In this document: positions 37,672 through 47,927 of the stretch, one piece after another
Position numbering within the stretch: position 1 is the first letter of the stretch
How the letters are laid out: each line of letters opens with the position of its first letter
Origin: Fibrobacteria bacterium
Lineage (GTDB): Bacteria > Fibrobacterota > Fibrobacteria > UBA11236
Reading direction: 5' to 3'
Assembly: GCA_043732185.1 (NCBI GenBank)
Contig: JAYTHY010000059.1
Coordinates: 28,962-92,961, forward strand
Length of the DNA: 64,000 nucleotides
Translations under genes and position numbers: made by a program
Notes under the pieces: generated by a model
What the model was told of the DNA's origin: nothing
Databases searched by the model: none
What the model saw: the letters and a program-made list of their open reading frames with translations, nothing else

Positions 37672-38406
37672 ATGGTTAATGGGTTGTATACAGCCTCAAG
37701 GGGCATGTCGAATATCCTGGCGAAACAGGATATCAATTCCCAGAATCTGGCCAATACCAATACCAACGGGTTCAAACTGGCGCGCTTGGTAAATAGATCA
37801 GAAGTTATCGTGGGTAGAAACGATGAAGGCCTCCTGACGCAAAGAGAAAATCAATCGATCAGCGAAGCCGTCACTAGCTTTACGCAAGGCCCGATGGTGC
37901 GGACTGGTAATAGTTTTGACTTAGCCCTGGGAGGCACAGGATTTTTTTCTGTTGAAGGCACGGATGGCACTCGCTATACACGCAATGGTGCGCTCACGAT
38001 GAATTCCTTCGGGGAACTCGTGACACTTTCCGGGAATCGAATCCTGGACAATACCGGTATGCCGGTCAACATGAAGGGTGAAAAAACCCAGTTTATGGAA
38101 GACGGTTCCATTTTTGTTGATGGTAAAAAGACCTGTACACTGGGTATCGTTGATTTCACTGATACTAAAGCTCTGCGCTACGGGGCAGACGGTCTGTACG
38201 CGAATAGTGAGCCCAATAAGAATGCGCCATTCACGCCTACGGCTGTCAGTGTACGACAGGGGTTTCTTGAAGGATCCAATGTGGATCCCATCTCTACCAT
38301 GGTGGCCATGATGGGTGAATTTCGAAATTATGAAGCAGATCAAAAGGCGCTAAAGGCCATTGACGAGACGTTGGCAAAGGCCGTAAATGATGTTGGCAGA
38401 GTTTAG
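37672..38406 (+). CDS. flgF: Flagellar basal-body rod protein FlgF
   Basis: GLYTA..QNLANTNTNGFK, YTRNG, GFLEGSNVD; precedes flgG. Confidence 0.85.
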   Translation: MVNGLYTASRGMSNILAKQDINSQNLANTNTNGFKLARLVNRSEVIVGRNDEGLLTQRENQSISEAVTSFTQGPMVRTGNSFDLALGGTGFFSVEGTDGTRYTRNGALTMNSFGELVTLSGNRILDNTGMPVNMKGEKTQFMEDGSIFVDGKKTCTLGIVDFTDTKALRYGADGLYANSEPNKNAPFTPTAVSVRQGFLEGSNVDPISTMVAMMGEFRNYEADQKALKAIDETLAKAVNDVGRV

Positions 38407-38445
38407 CCATAAACCAAGATCCGGAAACGGGTCGCGAGGTAGACT

Positions 38446-39234
38446 ATGATTAGAAGTTTGTATACGGCAGCTACGGGCATGAAAGCCAACCAACTTTATA
38501 TCGATAATATTTCCAACAATCTAGCCAATGTGAATACCACAGGTTTCAAGAAATCCAAATTGGAATTCCAAGAATTGCTTTATCAGACCTTGGTGGATCC
38601 AGGATCGGGATCTTCCGAAGGTTCCAAGTCACCGGCTGGTTTGCAATTGGGCTTAGGAGTACGTAGTGCCGCCAACCAGAAAATTTTCAGTCAAGGAAAT
38701 TTGCAAGAAACCAAGAATCCATTTGATATGGCCATAACGGGAACGGGTTTTCTGCAGGTTCAACTGCCCAGCGGTGAAATCGGCTATACGCGGGACGGTT
38801 CCTTTAAAATATCCTCGGATGGGACCATTGTTACCAGCACGGGTTTTCCCTTGGAGCCCCAGCTCACGGTACCACAGGGTGCCAAGGATATTATGGTCGA
38901 TGCGAATGGAAAAGTGTCCGTGATGCTCGCTGACACGGGTGCTACAGAAGAAATCGGCCAGATTGAAATGGTCGGTTTCTTGAACGAAGGCGGACTGCGC
39001 AGCATGGGCAACAATTTATTTCAGGCCTCCAATGCGAGCGGTGAGCCGGAGGCAGGAACGCCAGGAACAAATGGACTCGGCACTTTAGCCCAAGGGTTTT
39101 TAGAAGCCTCCAATGTGGAACTCGTTGAGGAAATGGTAAACATGATTGTGGCGCAGCGCGCGTATGAAATCTCTTCCAAAGCTATTCAGACCTCGGATAG
39201 CATGCTGCAACTTGCCAACCAATTGAGGGGATGA
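38446..39234 (+). CDS. flgG: Flagellar distal rod protein FlgG
   Basis: MIRSLYTAATGM, SNNLANVNTTGFKK, GLQLGLGV, LEASNV, QRAYE. Confidence 0.96.
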   Translation: MIRSLYTAATGMKANQLYIDNISNNLANVNTTGFKKSKLEFQELLYQTLVDPGSGSSEGSKSPAGLQLGLGVRSAANQKIFSQGNLQETKNPFDMAITGTGFLQVQLPSGEIGYTRDGSFKISSDGTIVTSTGFPLEPQLTVPQGAKDIMVDANGKVSVMLADTGATEEIGQIEMVGFLNEGGLRSMGNNLFQASNASGEPEAGTPGTNGLGTLAQGFLEASNVELVEEMVNMIVAQRAYEISSKAIQTSDSMLQLANQLRG

Positions 39235-40214
39235 TGCTTTCTTTTCGATTAGGCATCAGATTACTCGCGGCTACATTGGCTATTGGCCCAATCGGTATTT
39301 CCTTCGCTGCACTTTCTCCCGTTTCCATACAGTTCAGCGAACAAGCCAGCGTCGATGGGGATCACATCCGTCTGGGGGATATTGCACGCGTTATTGCCGG
39401 AGAGGCGAAAGTGGTGGCCGAACTCGAAACGCTGGTGGTGGCCAAAAGCGCCGGTTATGGACTGACGCGTCTTGTCGATACTGACTATTTGTATGCCCGC
39501 TACTTGAAGCCGCTTAGTACTCGATATCTTATCGAAATCAATGGTAAATCTGTACGTGTGACAACTCGCGCCGTAGCGTTCCCGAGTGATTCCGTGGCAC
39601 CGTTGATTGAAAAATTTCTTTCACTCATGCCCAAAATGAATGGAGAAATAAGACATTGGGAAATAGCCCGGGCCCCCGCCACTATTTTGGTTCCAGTGGG
39701 TCCACATTCCTTAGAGCTTGCTTTTACTGGCGTCAAACGAAAGGGAAAAGTGGATCTGAATTTGGCCATTCGCGGAACAATGGGTGTACTCAGGAATTTA
39801 CCCATTACTATCAATCTCAGAATAGACCAGCCAGTGCTAGTCGCCAAAAAACAAATCGACCGAGATGTTGTGCTTGGAAATGACAATGTGTCCATTGAAA
39901 TGCGCGAGACAACCCAGATGAACGACATGGCCATAATGGATCCGACCCAGCTTATTGGGCGTCTGGCCAAGGTAACGATCATTCCCGGACGCGTAGTCAC
40001 GCCTCGCTTGGTGGCGTTACCGCCTGCGGTCAAACGGGGACAAGAGGCTAAAATTGTTTTTCAGAATGGGTCGGTAAAAGTCACCTCTGACGCAGTTTGC
40101 AGAGAAGATGGAATTGTGGGTCAAATTATTACGGCCAAAAATCTTGGCAATAATCGATTAGTACGCGTGCGAGTGACCGAAGGTGGCGGCCTGGAACCGA
40201 TTCCTGGTGGTTAA
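39231..40214 (+). CDS. flgA: Flagellar P-ring formation chaperone FlgA
   Basis: Signal peptide; SAF-like region, VKRGQ..DG..GQII...N; position in the operon. Confidence 0.88.
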   Translation: MMLSFRLGIRLLAATLAIGPIGISFAALSPVSIQFSEQASVDGDHIRLGDIARVIAGEAKVVAELETLVVAKSAGYGLTRLVDTDYLYARYLKPLSTRYLIEINGKSVRVTTRAVAFPSDSVAPLIEKFLSLMPKMNGEIRHWEIARAPATILVPVGPHSLELAFTGVKRKGKVDLNLAIRGTMGVLRNLPITINLRIDQPVLVAKKQIDRDVVLGNDNVSIEMRETTQMNDMAIMDPTQLIGRLAKVTIIPGRVVTPRLVALPPAVKRGQEAKIVFQNGSVKVTSDAVCREDGIVGQIITAKNLGNNRLVRVRVTEGGGLEPIPGG

Positions 40215-40239
40215 AGATGAATTCAGTTGGGAGCTCCAT

Positions 40240-40836
40240 ATGAAGAAGCGCATAGTTCTTGGAATTATCATGCTGGCCAGTTGTCTCAGCAATGTAGGCG
40301 CACAAGCCATGCCGCATAATTATTCGCTATACACGGACAAAAAGGCCAAACGAACCGAAGATGTGATTACTGTTTTGATCATGGAGAACGCCAAGGCCGG
40401 TAGCGATACTAAAACCAATACCGACAAGTCTCAAGATGCCTCTGTAGACATTTCACCTTTCAACGTAACGTGGGCAGGCGGTCCCCCAACCGAATACACT
40501 CCTAAAGTTGGATTCGGTGGAAAGGTCAATCAAAAATATGACGGAGCAGGAAAAACTTCCCGGCAGGGCGAAGTGAAAGCCACGCTTTCGGCTCGCATCG
40601 TGGCGGTTTATGACAATGGCAATTTGCTCATTGAAGGCAATAAGGAAGTGGAAGTGAATAGTGAAAAAGAAATCCTTCGGGTATCCGGTATCGTTCGACC
40701 GGAGGATATTTCTTCGGATAATACCGTCATGTCTGAAAAAATAGCGGATGCACGCATTCAATATTCCGGAACCGGCGACCTGCATCAGGCTTCGCGGCCC
40801 GGTTTGTTGGCGCGGTTTTTCAACTGGATTTTCTGA
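40240..40836 (+). CDS. flgH: Flagellar L-ring protein FlgH
   Basis: Possible lipobox LASC; LYTDKKA, NGNLLIEG, SGIVRPEDI, IADARIQYSG. Confidence 0.93.
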   Translation: MKKRIVLGIIMLASCLSNVGAQAMPHNYSLYTDKKAKRTEDVITVLIMENAKAGSDTKTNTDKSQDASVDISPFNVTWAGGPPTEYTPKVGFGGKVNQKYDGAGKTSRQGEVKATLSARIVAVYDNGNLLIEGNKEVEVNSEKEILRVSGIVRPEDISSDNTVMSEKIADARIQYSGTGDLHQASRPGLLARFFNWIF

Positions 40837-40848
40837 TTGGAGAAGCAG

Positions 40849-41958
40849 ATGCTGGCTAGAAATACCCTATGGATACTGCTCGGAATGGCCCTTATGGCCG
40901 AAGCGACGCGTATCAAGGACGTTGCAAAATTTGATGGTTTGACGGAAACGCAGCTTATCGGTTATGGGTTGGTAGTAGGTCTCAAGGCTACCGGAGATGG
41001 ACCTCGCACGGAATTTACCACGCAAAGCGTTGTCAATATGCTGCGCAATACCGGCATTGAAGTTCCGCGCGACCGTATCCAAGTGCGCAATGTCGCCGCA
41101 GTGATGGTCACCTCCAAACTCAGCCCGTTTATGAAACGCGGTTCAACAATAGATGTCACTGTTTCAAGCATCGGTGACGCCAAAAGTCTGGAAGGCGGCA
41201 CCCTGCTGATGTCGCCTTTACAAGCAACGGATGGAGAAATATATGCCTTAGCGCAAGGTGCCTTGAGCATAGGGGGCATTAATCGTGAATCACAACAAGG
41301 CAAGTCTTCTTTTTCCAAGAACCATACCTTGGTAGGTGAAATTCCCAATGGAGCCATCATTCAAAAATCTGCACCGATGGCAGCGACATCTGCAGATGAA
41401 TTGCACATTTCACTTTCCGCGCCAGACTTTAGTTCCGCCGTGGCTATGGCCAAGTCCATCAACGCAAATTTCAAACAGGACGTTGCCAGTGCCACCGATC
41501 CAGTTTCAGTTACAGTAAAAATTCCAGAGGCTATGAAGGCCAAACGCATGGAGTTTGTTGCCGAACTCGAGAATGTCGACTTCCTCGTTTCCATGTCAGC
41601 CAAAGTTGTCCTGAATGAAAAAACAGGTACGGTAATTGCAGGTGGCAATGTGAGTATTTCTGAAGTTGCCGTTTCACATGGAAGTATTACGATAGAAATC
41701 AAACAGAATCAGGTCGCCGCTGTTTCCAATGCCGCAGCTCCCTTTGGGGGTACCACGCAGGCTTCCTCCAATACGCAATCCGTGGATATGAAAGTAGACG
41801 AACCCAAGTCGGAAATGCGAATTCTACCCACCAGTTCTAATGTAGGCGATTTGGCGAAGTCGCTAAATACGTTGGGAGTCAGTCCACGGGATATCATTGC
41901 CATCTTCCAAGCCATCAAAAAGGCTGGAGCACTGAACGCCGAATTGATTGTGATGTAA
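40849..41958 (+). CDS. flgI: Flagellar P-ring protein FlgI
   Basis: RIKD, LIGYGLVVGL..TGD, NVAAVMVT, GDAKSLEGGTL, AGALNAEL. Confidence 0.96.
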   Translation: MLARNTLWILLGMALMAEATRIKDVAKFDGLTETQLIGYGLVVGLKATGDGPRTEFTTQSVVNMLRNTGIEVPRDRIQVRNVAAVMVTSKLSPFMKRGSTIDVTVSSIGDAKSLEGGTLLMSPLQATDGEIYALAQGALSIGGINRESQQGKSSFSKNHTLVGEIPNGAIIQKSAPMAATSADELHISLSAPDFSSAVAMAKSINANFKQDVASATDPVSVTVKIPEAMKAKRMEFVAELENVDFLVSMSAKVVLNEKTGTVIAGGNVSISEVAVSHGSITIEIKQNQVAAVSNAAAPFGGTTQASSNTQSVDMKVDEPKSEMRILPTSSNVGDLAKSLNTLGVSPRDIIAIFQAIKKAGALNAELIVM

Positions 41959-41982
41959 ACGGTCGCGGGCTGAGGGCCCAGT

Positions 41983-43359
41983 TTAAAAATGTTTGAGTGG
42001 TGCTTTACCGACTGCAAAAACATTGAACCCCAAATTGAACAACTTCCGATGGTCCAATATATTACGGCCATCAAAAATAAATGCCGGTTGCGACATGGAC
42101 GCGAAAATCCGAGAGTAGTCCAATTCCGTATACATTTTCCATTCGGTCATTACCCCAATGGCATGCGCGCCCGCCGCGGCCTTATAAGGATCCAATTCAA
42201 AGGTCACACCTGATTGGATATCCTTTAAATCATTTTTAGCATGATCGAGTGCTTTGGGATCCGTGATGATGACTTCGGCATGTTCTTCCAGCAAGCCACG
42301 GCTGATGGCTAAGGCTGGCGATTCACGCGTGTCGCCAGTATTGGCCTTGAACGCGAAACCGAATAGGGCAATGCGTTTGCCGGCTACCGTGTTGAACATG
42401 CTCCCCAGCATGTTGAGAATAAAGCGTTTTTGCTGCCATTGGTTGATTTTAACAACGGATTCCCAGTACTCGGCTACCTCATGCAATCCGTACCCTTGGC
42501 AAATATAGACCAGGTTCAGGATGTCCTTTTGAAAACAGGAGCCGCCAAATCCCACGCTGGCTTTCAAGAAACGGGAGCCAATTCGGGAATCTGTTCCGAT
42601 GGCGTAGGCAACTTCATCGACATCTGCTTCTGTTTTTTCACAAAGGGCCGAAATGGAATTGATGGATGAGATGCGTTGGGCCAGAAAAGCGTTGGCGGTC
42701 AGCTTGGACAATTCCGCGCTCCAAACGTTCGATTCGATAATGTGTTTACGGGGAACCCAATTGGCATAAATATCGACTACCTGTGATCGGGCCTTTTTGC
42801 CTTCAGGAGTTTCCCGAGAACCGACCAGCACTCGGTCGGGATTCTCCAGGTCCGCAATGGCGCTGCCTTCCGCTAGAAATTCAGGATTCGATAGCACTTC
42901 AAAATGGATGCCTTTTGAGTTGGCATTGAGAATGCGTTCCATTGCCTCAGCCGTGCGCACGGGTAGCGTGGATTTCTCAATGATGATTTTGTCCGTATCC
43001 GAGTTGGCCAAGATTTGGCGAGCCGTTTTTTCCCAGTACTGCAAATCGGCGGCCATACCTGCGCCTTGTCCAAAAGTTTTGGTGGGAGTGTTGACGGACA
43101 CGAAAATAATGTCTGCGTCCCGGATTCCCTGGTCCGTGTCTGTCGAAAAAAAGAGATTTTTTCCTCGTGTCTTTTGTACCAACTCTTCCAAACCCGGTTC
43201 ATATATGGGTATGGCGGAGCTGTTCCAAGCGTCGATGCGCTCCTTGTTGATATCGACCACGGTCACTTTGTATTGCGGGCATTTGTGGGCGATCATGCTC
43301 ATGGTTGGCCCACCCACATAACCGGCACCGATACAAAGAATATTTTTTTCAAATTTCAT
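41983..43359 (-). CDS. ugd: UDP-glucose 6-dehydrogenase
   Basis: [50 protein letters not shown]. Confidence 0.96.
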   Translation of the reverse strand: MKFEKNILCIGAGYVGGPTMSMIAHKCPQYKVTVVDINKERIDAWNSSAIPIYEPGLEELVQKTRGKNLFFSTDTDQGIRDADIIFVSVNTPTKTFGQGAGMAADLQYWEKTARQILANSDTDKIIIEKSTLPVRTAEAMERILNANSKGIHFEVLSNPEFLAEGSAIADLENPDRVLVGSRETPEGKKARSQVVDIYANWVPRKHIIESNVWSAELSKLTANAFLAQRISSINSISALCEKTEADVDEVAYAIGTDSRIGSRFLKASVGFGGSCFQKDILNLVYICQGYGLHEVAEYWESVVKINQWQQKRFILNMLGSMFNTVAGKRIALFGFAFKANTGDTRESPALAISRGLLEEHAEVIITDPKALDHAKNDLKDIQSGVTFELDPYKAAAGAHAIGVMTEWKMYTELDYSRIFASMSQPAFIFDGRNILDHRKLFNLGFNVFAVGKAPLKHF

Positions 43360-43484
43360 GGTCGCTCCATACCGAATATAGGTCCACCCAGGAAGGCCTC
43401 CTGAGGAAAAGACAATCTAGAAATACCAAGGTATGGCTTGGGGTTCAAGCAGGCTTCAAATATTTTATTTGGATTGCCAATGGA

Positions 43485-43748
43485 TCAAACGCGGCCGAGT
43501 AGTATTAAGGTGGCGCCCGGGTTCCCGGGCTCCGTGCGAAAATTTTGGATTTGGTTTCGCCAACGGGATTGCAAGTTGCGATGCAAGGCCCCTTTAATGG
43601 AGTTTTGGGTGCCGGAGCTTTTTCCATGGATGATGCGCACTGTGGCGGACTTTGCCATGCGATGTCGGTTGATGACAGACTCAACTTCGGCCATGGCTTC
43701 ATCCACGGCCAATCCGTGCAAGTCGATTTCTTCATCGATGGTCACCAT
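43485..43748 (-). CDS. Stand-alone Smr domain protein
   Basis: IDLHGL...A, IIHGK, GNPGAT. Confidence 0.85.
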   Translation of the reverse strand: MVTIDEEIDLHGLAVDEAMAEVESVINRHRMAKSATVRIIHGKSSGTQNSIKGALHRNLQSRWRNQIQNFRTEPGNPGATLILLGRV

Positions 43749-44746
43749 TGAGGTTCAGCCAGCCACGCTTCGACGGTAGCAAAAAAGGGATGTTCCGGGT
43801 CCCAGTGTTCGGCCAGTTCGCGACTTCCGTATTTGCCACCTGAATTTTGAAACCCTAATTTACGGGACATCGTTCGCATTAAATTGACCATGGTTTGCCT
43901 GCTCTCGACTTGCTTCAAACTGTCCCTACTTACGGTGATTTCTTTCCGCAGGTATTCCGGAAAGTGGATCTTTTCTCCGGATTTTCGCAAATACATGATA
44001 TCGCCGAGCAGTCGGTAGCGTAGGTCCGCGGAGGTGCTGAGGGCCAGCTGGGTCAATATCTCAGCATCCATTTCGCGGGTAAAGCCTTTGGCATGCGCCG
44101 TTTCATGGCAGACGGCCAATAATCGCCAATACCTAGGCGTCGGGAGATCATGTGAATGGACTATGGCCAGTTCTCCCAGAAAGGGATCGTGAAAAGCAGG
44201 CCCGCCATAACTTAGCCCAAGCAAGGTGGTCAGGGGCCCCATTTCCTTAACGCTACGCACAGTCCGGCCCTGTTGTAAACCAAGCTTGCTGAGCACATGA
44301 TCCAAAGCCCGATTGCACCCAACCAATATTTCCGCTTCGGATAAGGACTCATATGCGCTCGGTGAAAAGGATTCCAGTAGATGGTTTTCGTGGGCGTGTA
44401 CAATGGATTGAAAGGTGGAATAGGGTAGCGGTGGCATGCTACGGGATTTGGCCAAGGGGAGTCGCCAGGCAGTAGGTGCCAAGCTCCAAGGAAAAGCTCC
44501 TTGTCCCATGCCCATCAGCAGGAGTAGTCCGGGACCAGTAATCAGGACGATCAGAATTCCGGTGTGTCTTTTAAGCCATGGTCCAAGACCCATCAATAGC
44601 ATCGCGAGTAAAAGGATCAAGCACAACAAACCGACCCAGACCAGTGTTTCTACCAATGAAACGGGGACAAGGTCCACAACCCATCCCTTGACCCGCGAGC
44701 AGGGCAGTCCAAAGTATCGCCAATAAATTGGGAAAAACTGTAACAC
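43742..44746 (-). CDS. DUF3810-family membrane-anchored zinc-metallopeptidase-like protein
   Basis: TMs; PFLGE; CHETAHAKGFTREMDAE. Confidence 0.7.
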   Translation of the reverse strand: MLQFFPIYWRYFGLPCSRVKGWVVDLVPVSLVETLVWVGLLCLILLLAMLLMGLGPWLKRHTGILIVLITGPGLLLLMGMGQGAFPWSLAPTAWRLPLAKSRSMPPLPYSTFQSIVHAHENHLLESFSPSAYESLSEAEILVGCNRALDHVLSKLGLQQGRTVRSVKEMGPLTTLLGLSYGGPAFHDPFLGELAIVHSHDLPTPRYWRLLAVCHETAHAKGFTREMDAEILTQLALSTSADLRYRLLGDIMYLRKSGEKIHFPEYLRKEITVSRDSLKQVESRQTMVNLMRTMSRKLGFQNSGGKYGSRELAEHWDPEHPFFATVEAWLAEPQW

Positions 44747-44791
44747 ATCATCAAATTAGCAAAGTGGACGGGGTTGATTTGAGCATATTCT

Positions 44792-44812
44792 AATTGCAAG
44801 TGACTTGCATTT
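44792..44812. promoter_or_regulatory. Fur/Zur-type 7-1-7 operator overlapping the predicted -35 of the ZIP-fur operon
   Basis: AAT-TGCAAGT-G-ACTTGCA-TTT; TTGCAT (44805-10)-17 bp-TATCTT (44828-33). Confidence 0.7.
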
Positions 44813-44841
44813 GACTTGAGGACCACCTATCTTTACCCTCC

Positions 44842-45678
44842 ATGATTTGGAATGGATTAGCCTTTGGATTGCTCAGCAGTGGTGCAGTAGGTTTTTTACT
44901 TGGCGCCAAACCTGGACTGCTGTTCCGAGGGAATGGCCCTGCTCAAGTCGAAAAAGTTCAAGAGGCCATGGAACTCCTGTATCCATTGGCTGTGGCGTTT
45001 TTCGCTGGGTTTGTCTTTTCTACGCTGCTACCCCACGCTCTTTTCCATTCACGCGGTTCGATTCTATCCTTTGCAGCTGGCGCAGGGGTGATGGCTTTGC
45101 TTTCCAAATTTGTTTTTAAGCGCGATCCTTGCTGTGAAGTTGGGCATGATCACCGTGGACTGGGTATTATGTCCCTGTTTGCCATGTCGGTTTGTTCGAT
45201 AAACGATGGCTTATTGATCGGCCTGCTCAATCCAGTCTGGTATACAGGTCTCAACTTAGGCATGTTACTGCACAAAATTTCTTCCTCGTTTGCCATCTCT
45301 CAAGTGCTGCGTCGCAGCCGTTTTTCCAATATTGGTCTCGCCCTTTTCGGATTGGTTTATACTCTGATCAGTCCCGCAGCCCTGTTGGCGGCGCAGGGGC
45401 ATTGGTTCAAAGTGCTTCCCGATAGCGAATTGGTTTTGGCTTTTAGCGCAGGATTGCTTACGTATGTCACACTTGTGAATCTGCTGCCCCAAGCGCGCAC
45501 CATTCTAAAGCGCCGTCCAAAAGCCAGCTATGGTTTTGTGGCGGCTTTTCTCGTTTCCATCTGCTTAGGGTTTTGGCACACAGCCTTGCATAAGCGCATA
45601 GAATTTTCGGAGACCGGGACAAACGGCCAAACCGAATTGCTGCCAGCTTCCAGCGCCCCTGCCCCCAGGAGCCCATGA
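44842..45678 (+). CDS. ZIP-family metal transporter
   Basis: About 8 TMs, LLPHA, CCEVGHDH loop, SINDG, LHKIS, AFSAGLLTYV..LLP. Confidence 0.8.
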   Translation: MIWNGLAFGLLSSGAVGFLLGAKPGLLFRGNGPAQVEKVQEAMELLYPLAVAFFAGFVFSTLLPHALFHSRGSILSFAAGAGVMALLSKFVFKRDPCCEVGHDHRGLGIMSLFAMSVCSINDGLLIGLLNPVWYTGLNLGMLLHKISSSFAISQVLRRSRFSNIGLALFGLVYTLISPAALLAAQGHWFKVLPDSELVLAFSAGLLTYVTLVNLLPQARTILKRRPKASYGFVAAFLVSICLGFWHTALHKRIEFSETGTNGQTELLPASSAPAPRSP

Positions 45679-46148
45679 AACGCCACGAAAATTCGAATGC
45701 AGTTATTCCATACTTGGAAAGACTCAAATTGGAAAAGGTTAAGCTTACGGTCAATCGGCGAAGGGTTTTGGATCAATTTTTAGAGTCGGAATCACCTTGG
45801 ACGTTGCGTAGTTTGCATACCAGTCTGAACCAGGTTGAGGAATGTAATTTGAGTTCGGTATACCGGGCTTTGGAAGCACTTCGAGCCGCAGGAATCCTGG
45901 AAGAATTCCGATTGCCTGGCGATCGGCAAACCTTTTTCTCCTTAATTAAAAAACCGACTCCATCTAAAGCAATAAGCCATGCCGCCCATGGTCATCACCA
46001 CCATATTGTTTGCCAAGATTGCGGCAAGGTGTCTCACTTGGACATGTGTGTTCCGTTGGCCTACATGGGAAAAGTGGAAAATGCGTCAGGGTATCGGATT
46101 ACAGCGCATCAAATGGAATTTACGGGACTTTGCGCAAAATGTCGCTGA
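45675..46148 (+). CDS. Fur-family transcriptional regulator (probably Zur-like)
   Basis: TVNRRRVL, SVYRAL, HGHHHHIVCQDCG, GLCAKC; ATGA overlap with the ZIP gene. Confidence 0.9.
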   Translation: MKRHENSNAVIPYLERLKLEKVKLTVNRRRVLDQFLESESPWTLRSLHTSLNQVEECNLSSVYRALEALRAAGILEEFRLPGDRQTFFSLIKKPTPSKAISHAAHGHHHHIVCQDCGKVSHLDMCVPLAYMGKVENASGYRITAHQMEFTGLCAKCR

Positions 46149-46187
46149 AGCCATAAGCCGTAAGCCATCAGCCTCAATCGCTAAACC

Positions 46188-47192
46188 CTAAGCCCAGCCT
46201 AAGTTTAAACAGCCTTTCTCCAGGTAGGGTACAAAGTCCGCGATGCCTTCTTCCAAGGTGCGAATCGGCGCGGAATAACCGGCCGCATGCAGTTTGGCAA
46301 TTTCTGCACGGGTATAGTATTGATACTTATCGCGAATAATTTCAGGCATGGGAACGAATTCAATTTTTGGCTCTTTGCCAAGGCTTTGATAAAGGGCGCC
46401 CGCCATATCCAACCAGGACCGTGCGTGGCCAGTACCCAGGTTATAAATCCCACCAGGAGTTTTAGGGTCTAGAAAATGCAGTGCCATGTCCACTGCATCC
46501 TTGATATAGATGAAATCGCGCAGTTGTTGGCCATCTTGATAATCGGTGCGGTGCGATTTGAACAACCGCACGCGGCCCGTATCCCGAATTTGCTCAAAAG
46601 CCTTCACCGCCATGCTGCGCATATCGGCTTTATGGTATTCATTGGGTCCATAGACGTTGAAAAATTTTAGCCCAACCACTCGATCCAGATAGCCCTGCTT
46701 TTGCGCCCAGAGATCGAACATGTGTTTGGAAAGCCCATAGGGATTTAGGGGGCGTAGCGAAGACAAAAAGGTATGGTCGTCCCGGTAGCCCAGGGTGCCA
46801 TCGCCATAGGTCGCCGCTGAAGAAGCATAAATAAAACGAATGGGCTTTACGCGTTCTAAGCACCAGGTCGCGAGGCTTTTTGTGTATTCGAAATTATTCT
46901 TGGCGAGGTATGTCATATCCATCTCGGTCGTGGACGAACAGGCACCCATATGCAGCACGGCTTCAATATCCCAGTTGTCGAATTTTCCTGTTTGAACAGC
47001 ATGCAAAAAATCAGTCTTTTCCATGTAGTCCTGGTAGGATAGGGGAGTGAGGTTTTTCCATTTTGCATCTCCCCCCAATTCATCTACCAGCAAGAGCCGT
47101 TCGTTTCCACTTTGGTTAAGCCGCCAAGCCAGCGCGCTGCCTATAAATCCGGCCGCTCCGGTAATTATCGTCATTGGACCTTTTGGAAGCAT
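46188..47192 (-). CDS. hldD: ADP-L-glycero-D-manno-heptose 6-epimerase
   Basis: ITGAAGFIGS, HMGACSSTTE, YASSAATYG, PLNPYGLSK, FNVYGPNEYHK, KYQYYT. Confidence 0.96.
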   Translation of the reverse strand: MLPKGPMTIITGAAGFIGSALAWRLNQSGNERLLLVDELGGDAKWKNLTPLSYQDYMEKTDFLHAVQTGKFDNWDIEAVLHMGACSSTTEMDMTYLAKNNFEYTKSLATWCLERVKPIRFIYASSAATYGDGTLGYRDDHTFLSSLRPLNPYGLSKHMFDLWAQKQGYLDRVVGLKFFNVYGPNEYHKADMRSMAVKAFEQIRDTGRVRLFKSHRTDYQDGQQLRDFIYIKDAVDMALHFLDPKTPGGIYNLGTGHARSWLDMAGALYQSLGKEPKIEFVPMPEIIRDKYQYYTRAEIAKLHAAGYSAPIRTLEEGIADFVPYLEKGCLNLGWA

Positions 47193-47261
47193 TGCGTCTC
47201 CTGATTGAACCGGGCTCCATCAACAAGTATTGCTATTTTCCGGCGCGAGGACAAGGGTACG

Positions 47262-47927
47262 ATGACTAGGAAAGAAAAAGCCGTGTTCATTCAAAAGCAC
47301 CTGGAACAACTGTATCCCAATCCTCCCATTCCGCTTTTGCATACCAATCCATATACCCTATGCATTGCTGTATTGCTTTCGGCACAGGCGACGGATAAAT
47401 CCGTCAATCTCGCCACTCCCGGTCTATTTAAATTGGCGGATACACCGTTGGCCATGTCCAAATTGACTCCGGAAAAAATCCAGACTTTTATTAAAACGAT
47501 CGGACTTTCGAAAACCAAAAGTCGAAATATTTGGAATCTTTCCCGAATACTTCTTGAAAAATATGAAGGTACACTTCCCTCCACTTTGGCGGAGCTGGAG
47601 TCTCTACCAGGAGTGGGCCATAAAACAGCCTCCGTAGTCCTGTCACAAGCATTTGGGCAACCGGCATTTGCCGTGGACACGCATATCCATCGGCTGGCCG
47701 GGCGTTGGGGCTTGTCGAAAGGTAAAACAGTTGAAGAAACCGAAAAGGATTTGAAGAAAATTTTTCCTGTTTCCATTTGGTCGAAATTGCATCTACAAAT
47801 GATCTATTATGGGCGGGAATATTGCCCGGCGCGTGGACATGATCTGAGTCGCTGTGATTTATGCAAAAAATTTGCCACCGGTGGGGCGGGTAAATCAAGG
47901 TTAAGGAGTAACGAGTATGCAAGCTAA
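47262..47927 (+). CDS. nth: Endonuclease III
   Basis: LLSAQATD, LPGVGHKTA, VDTHIHR, YGREYCPAR...C..C. Confidence 0.96.
   Translation: MTRKEKAVFIQKHLEQLYPNPPIPLLHTNPYTLCIAVLLSAQATDKSVNLATPGLFKLADTPLAMSKLTPEKIQTFIKTIGLSKTKSRNIWNLSRILLEKYEGTLPSTLAELESLPGVGHKTASVVLSQAFGQPAFAVDTHIHRLAGRWGLSKGKTVEETEKDLKKIFPVSIWSKLHLQMIYYGREYCPARGHDLSRCDLCKKFATGGAGKSRLRSNEYAS

Noticed and set aside
41983..43359. Eukaryote-like UGDH as recent inter-domain transfer
   Set aside because: This UGDH subtype is already known from several bacterial phyla; no anomaly visible here
46148..46168. AAGCCRT x3 between fur and hldD
   Set aside because: Short imperfect microsatellite with no spacers; no function supportable
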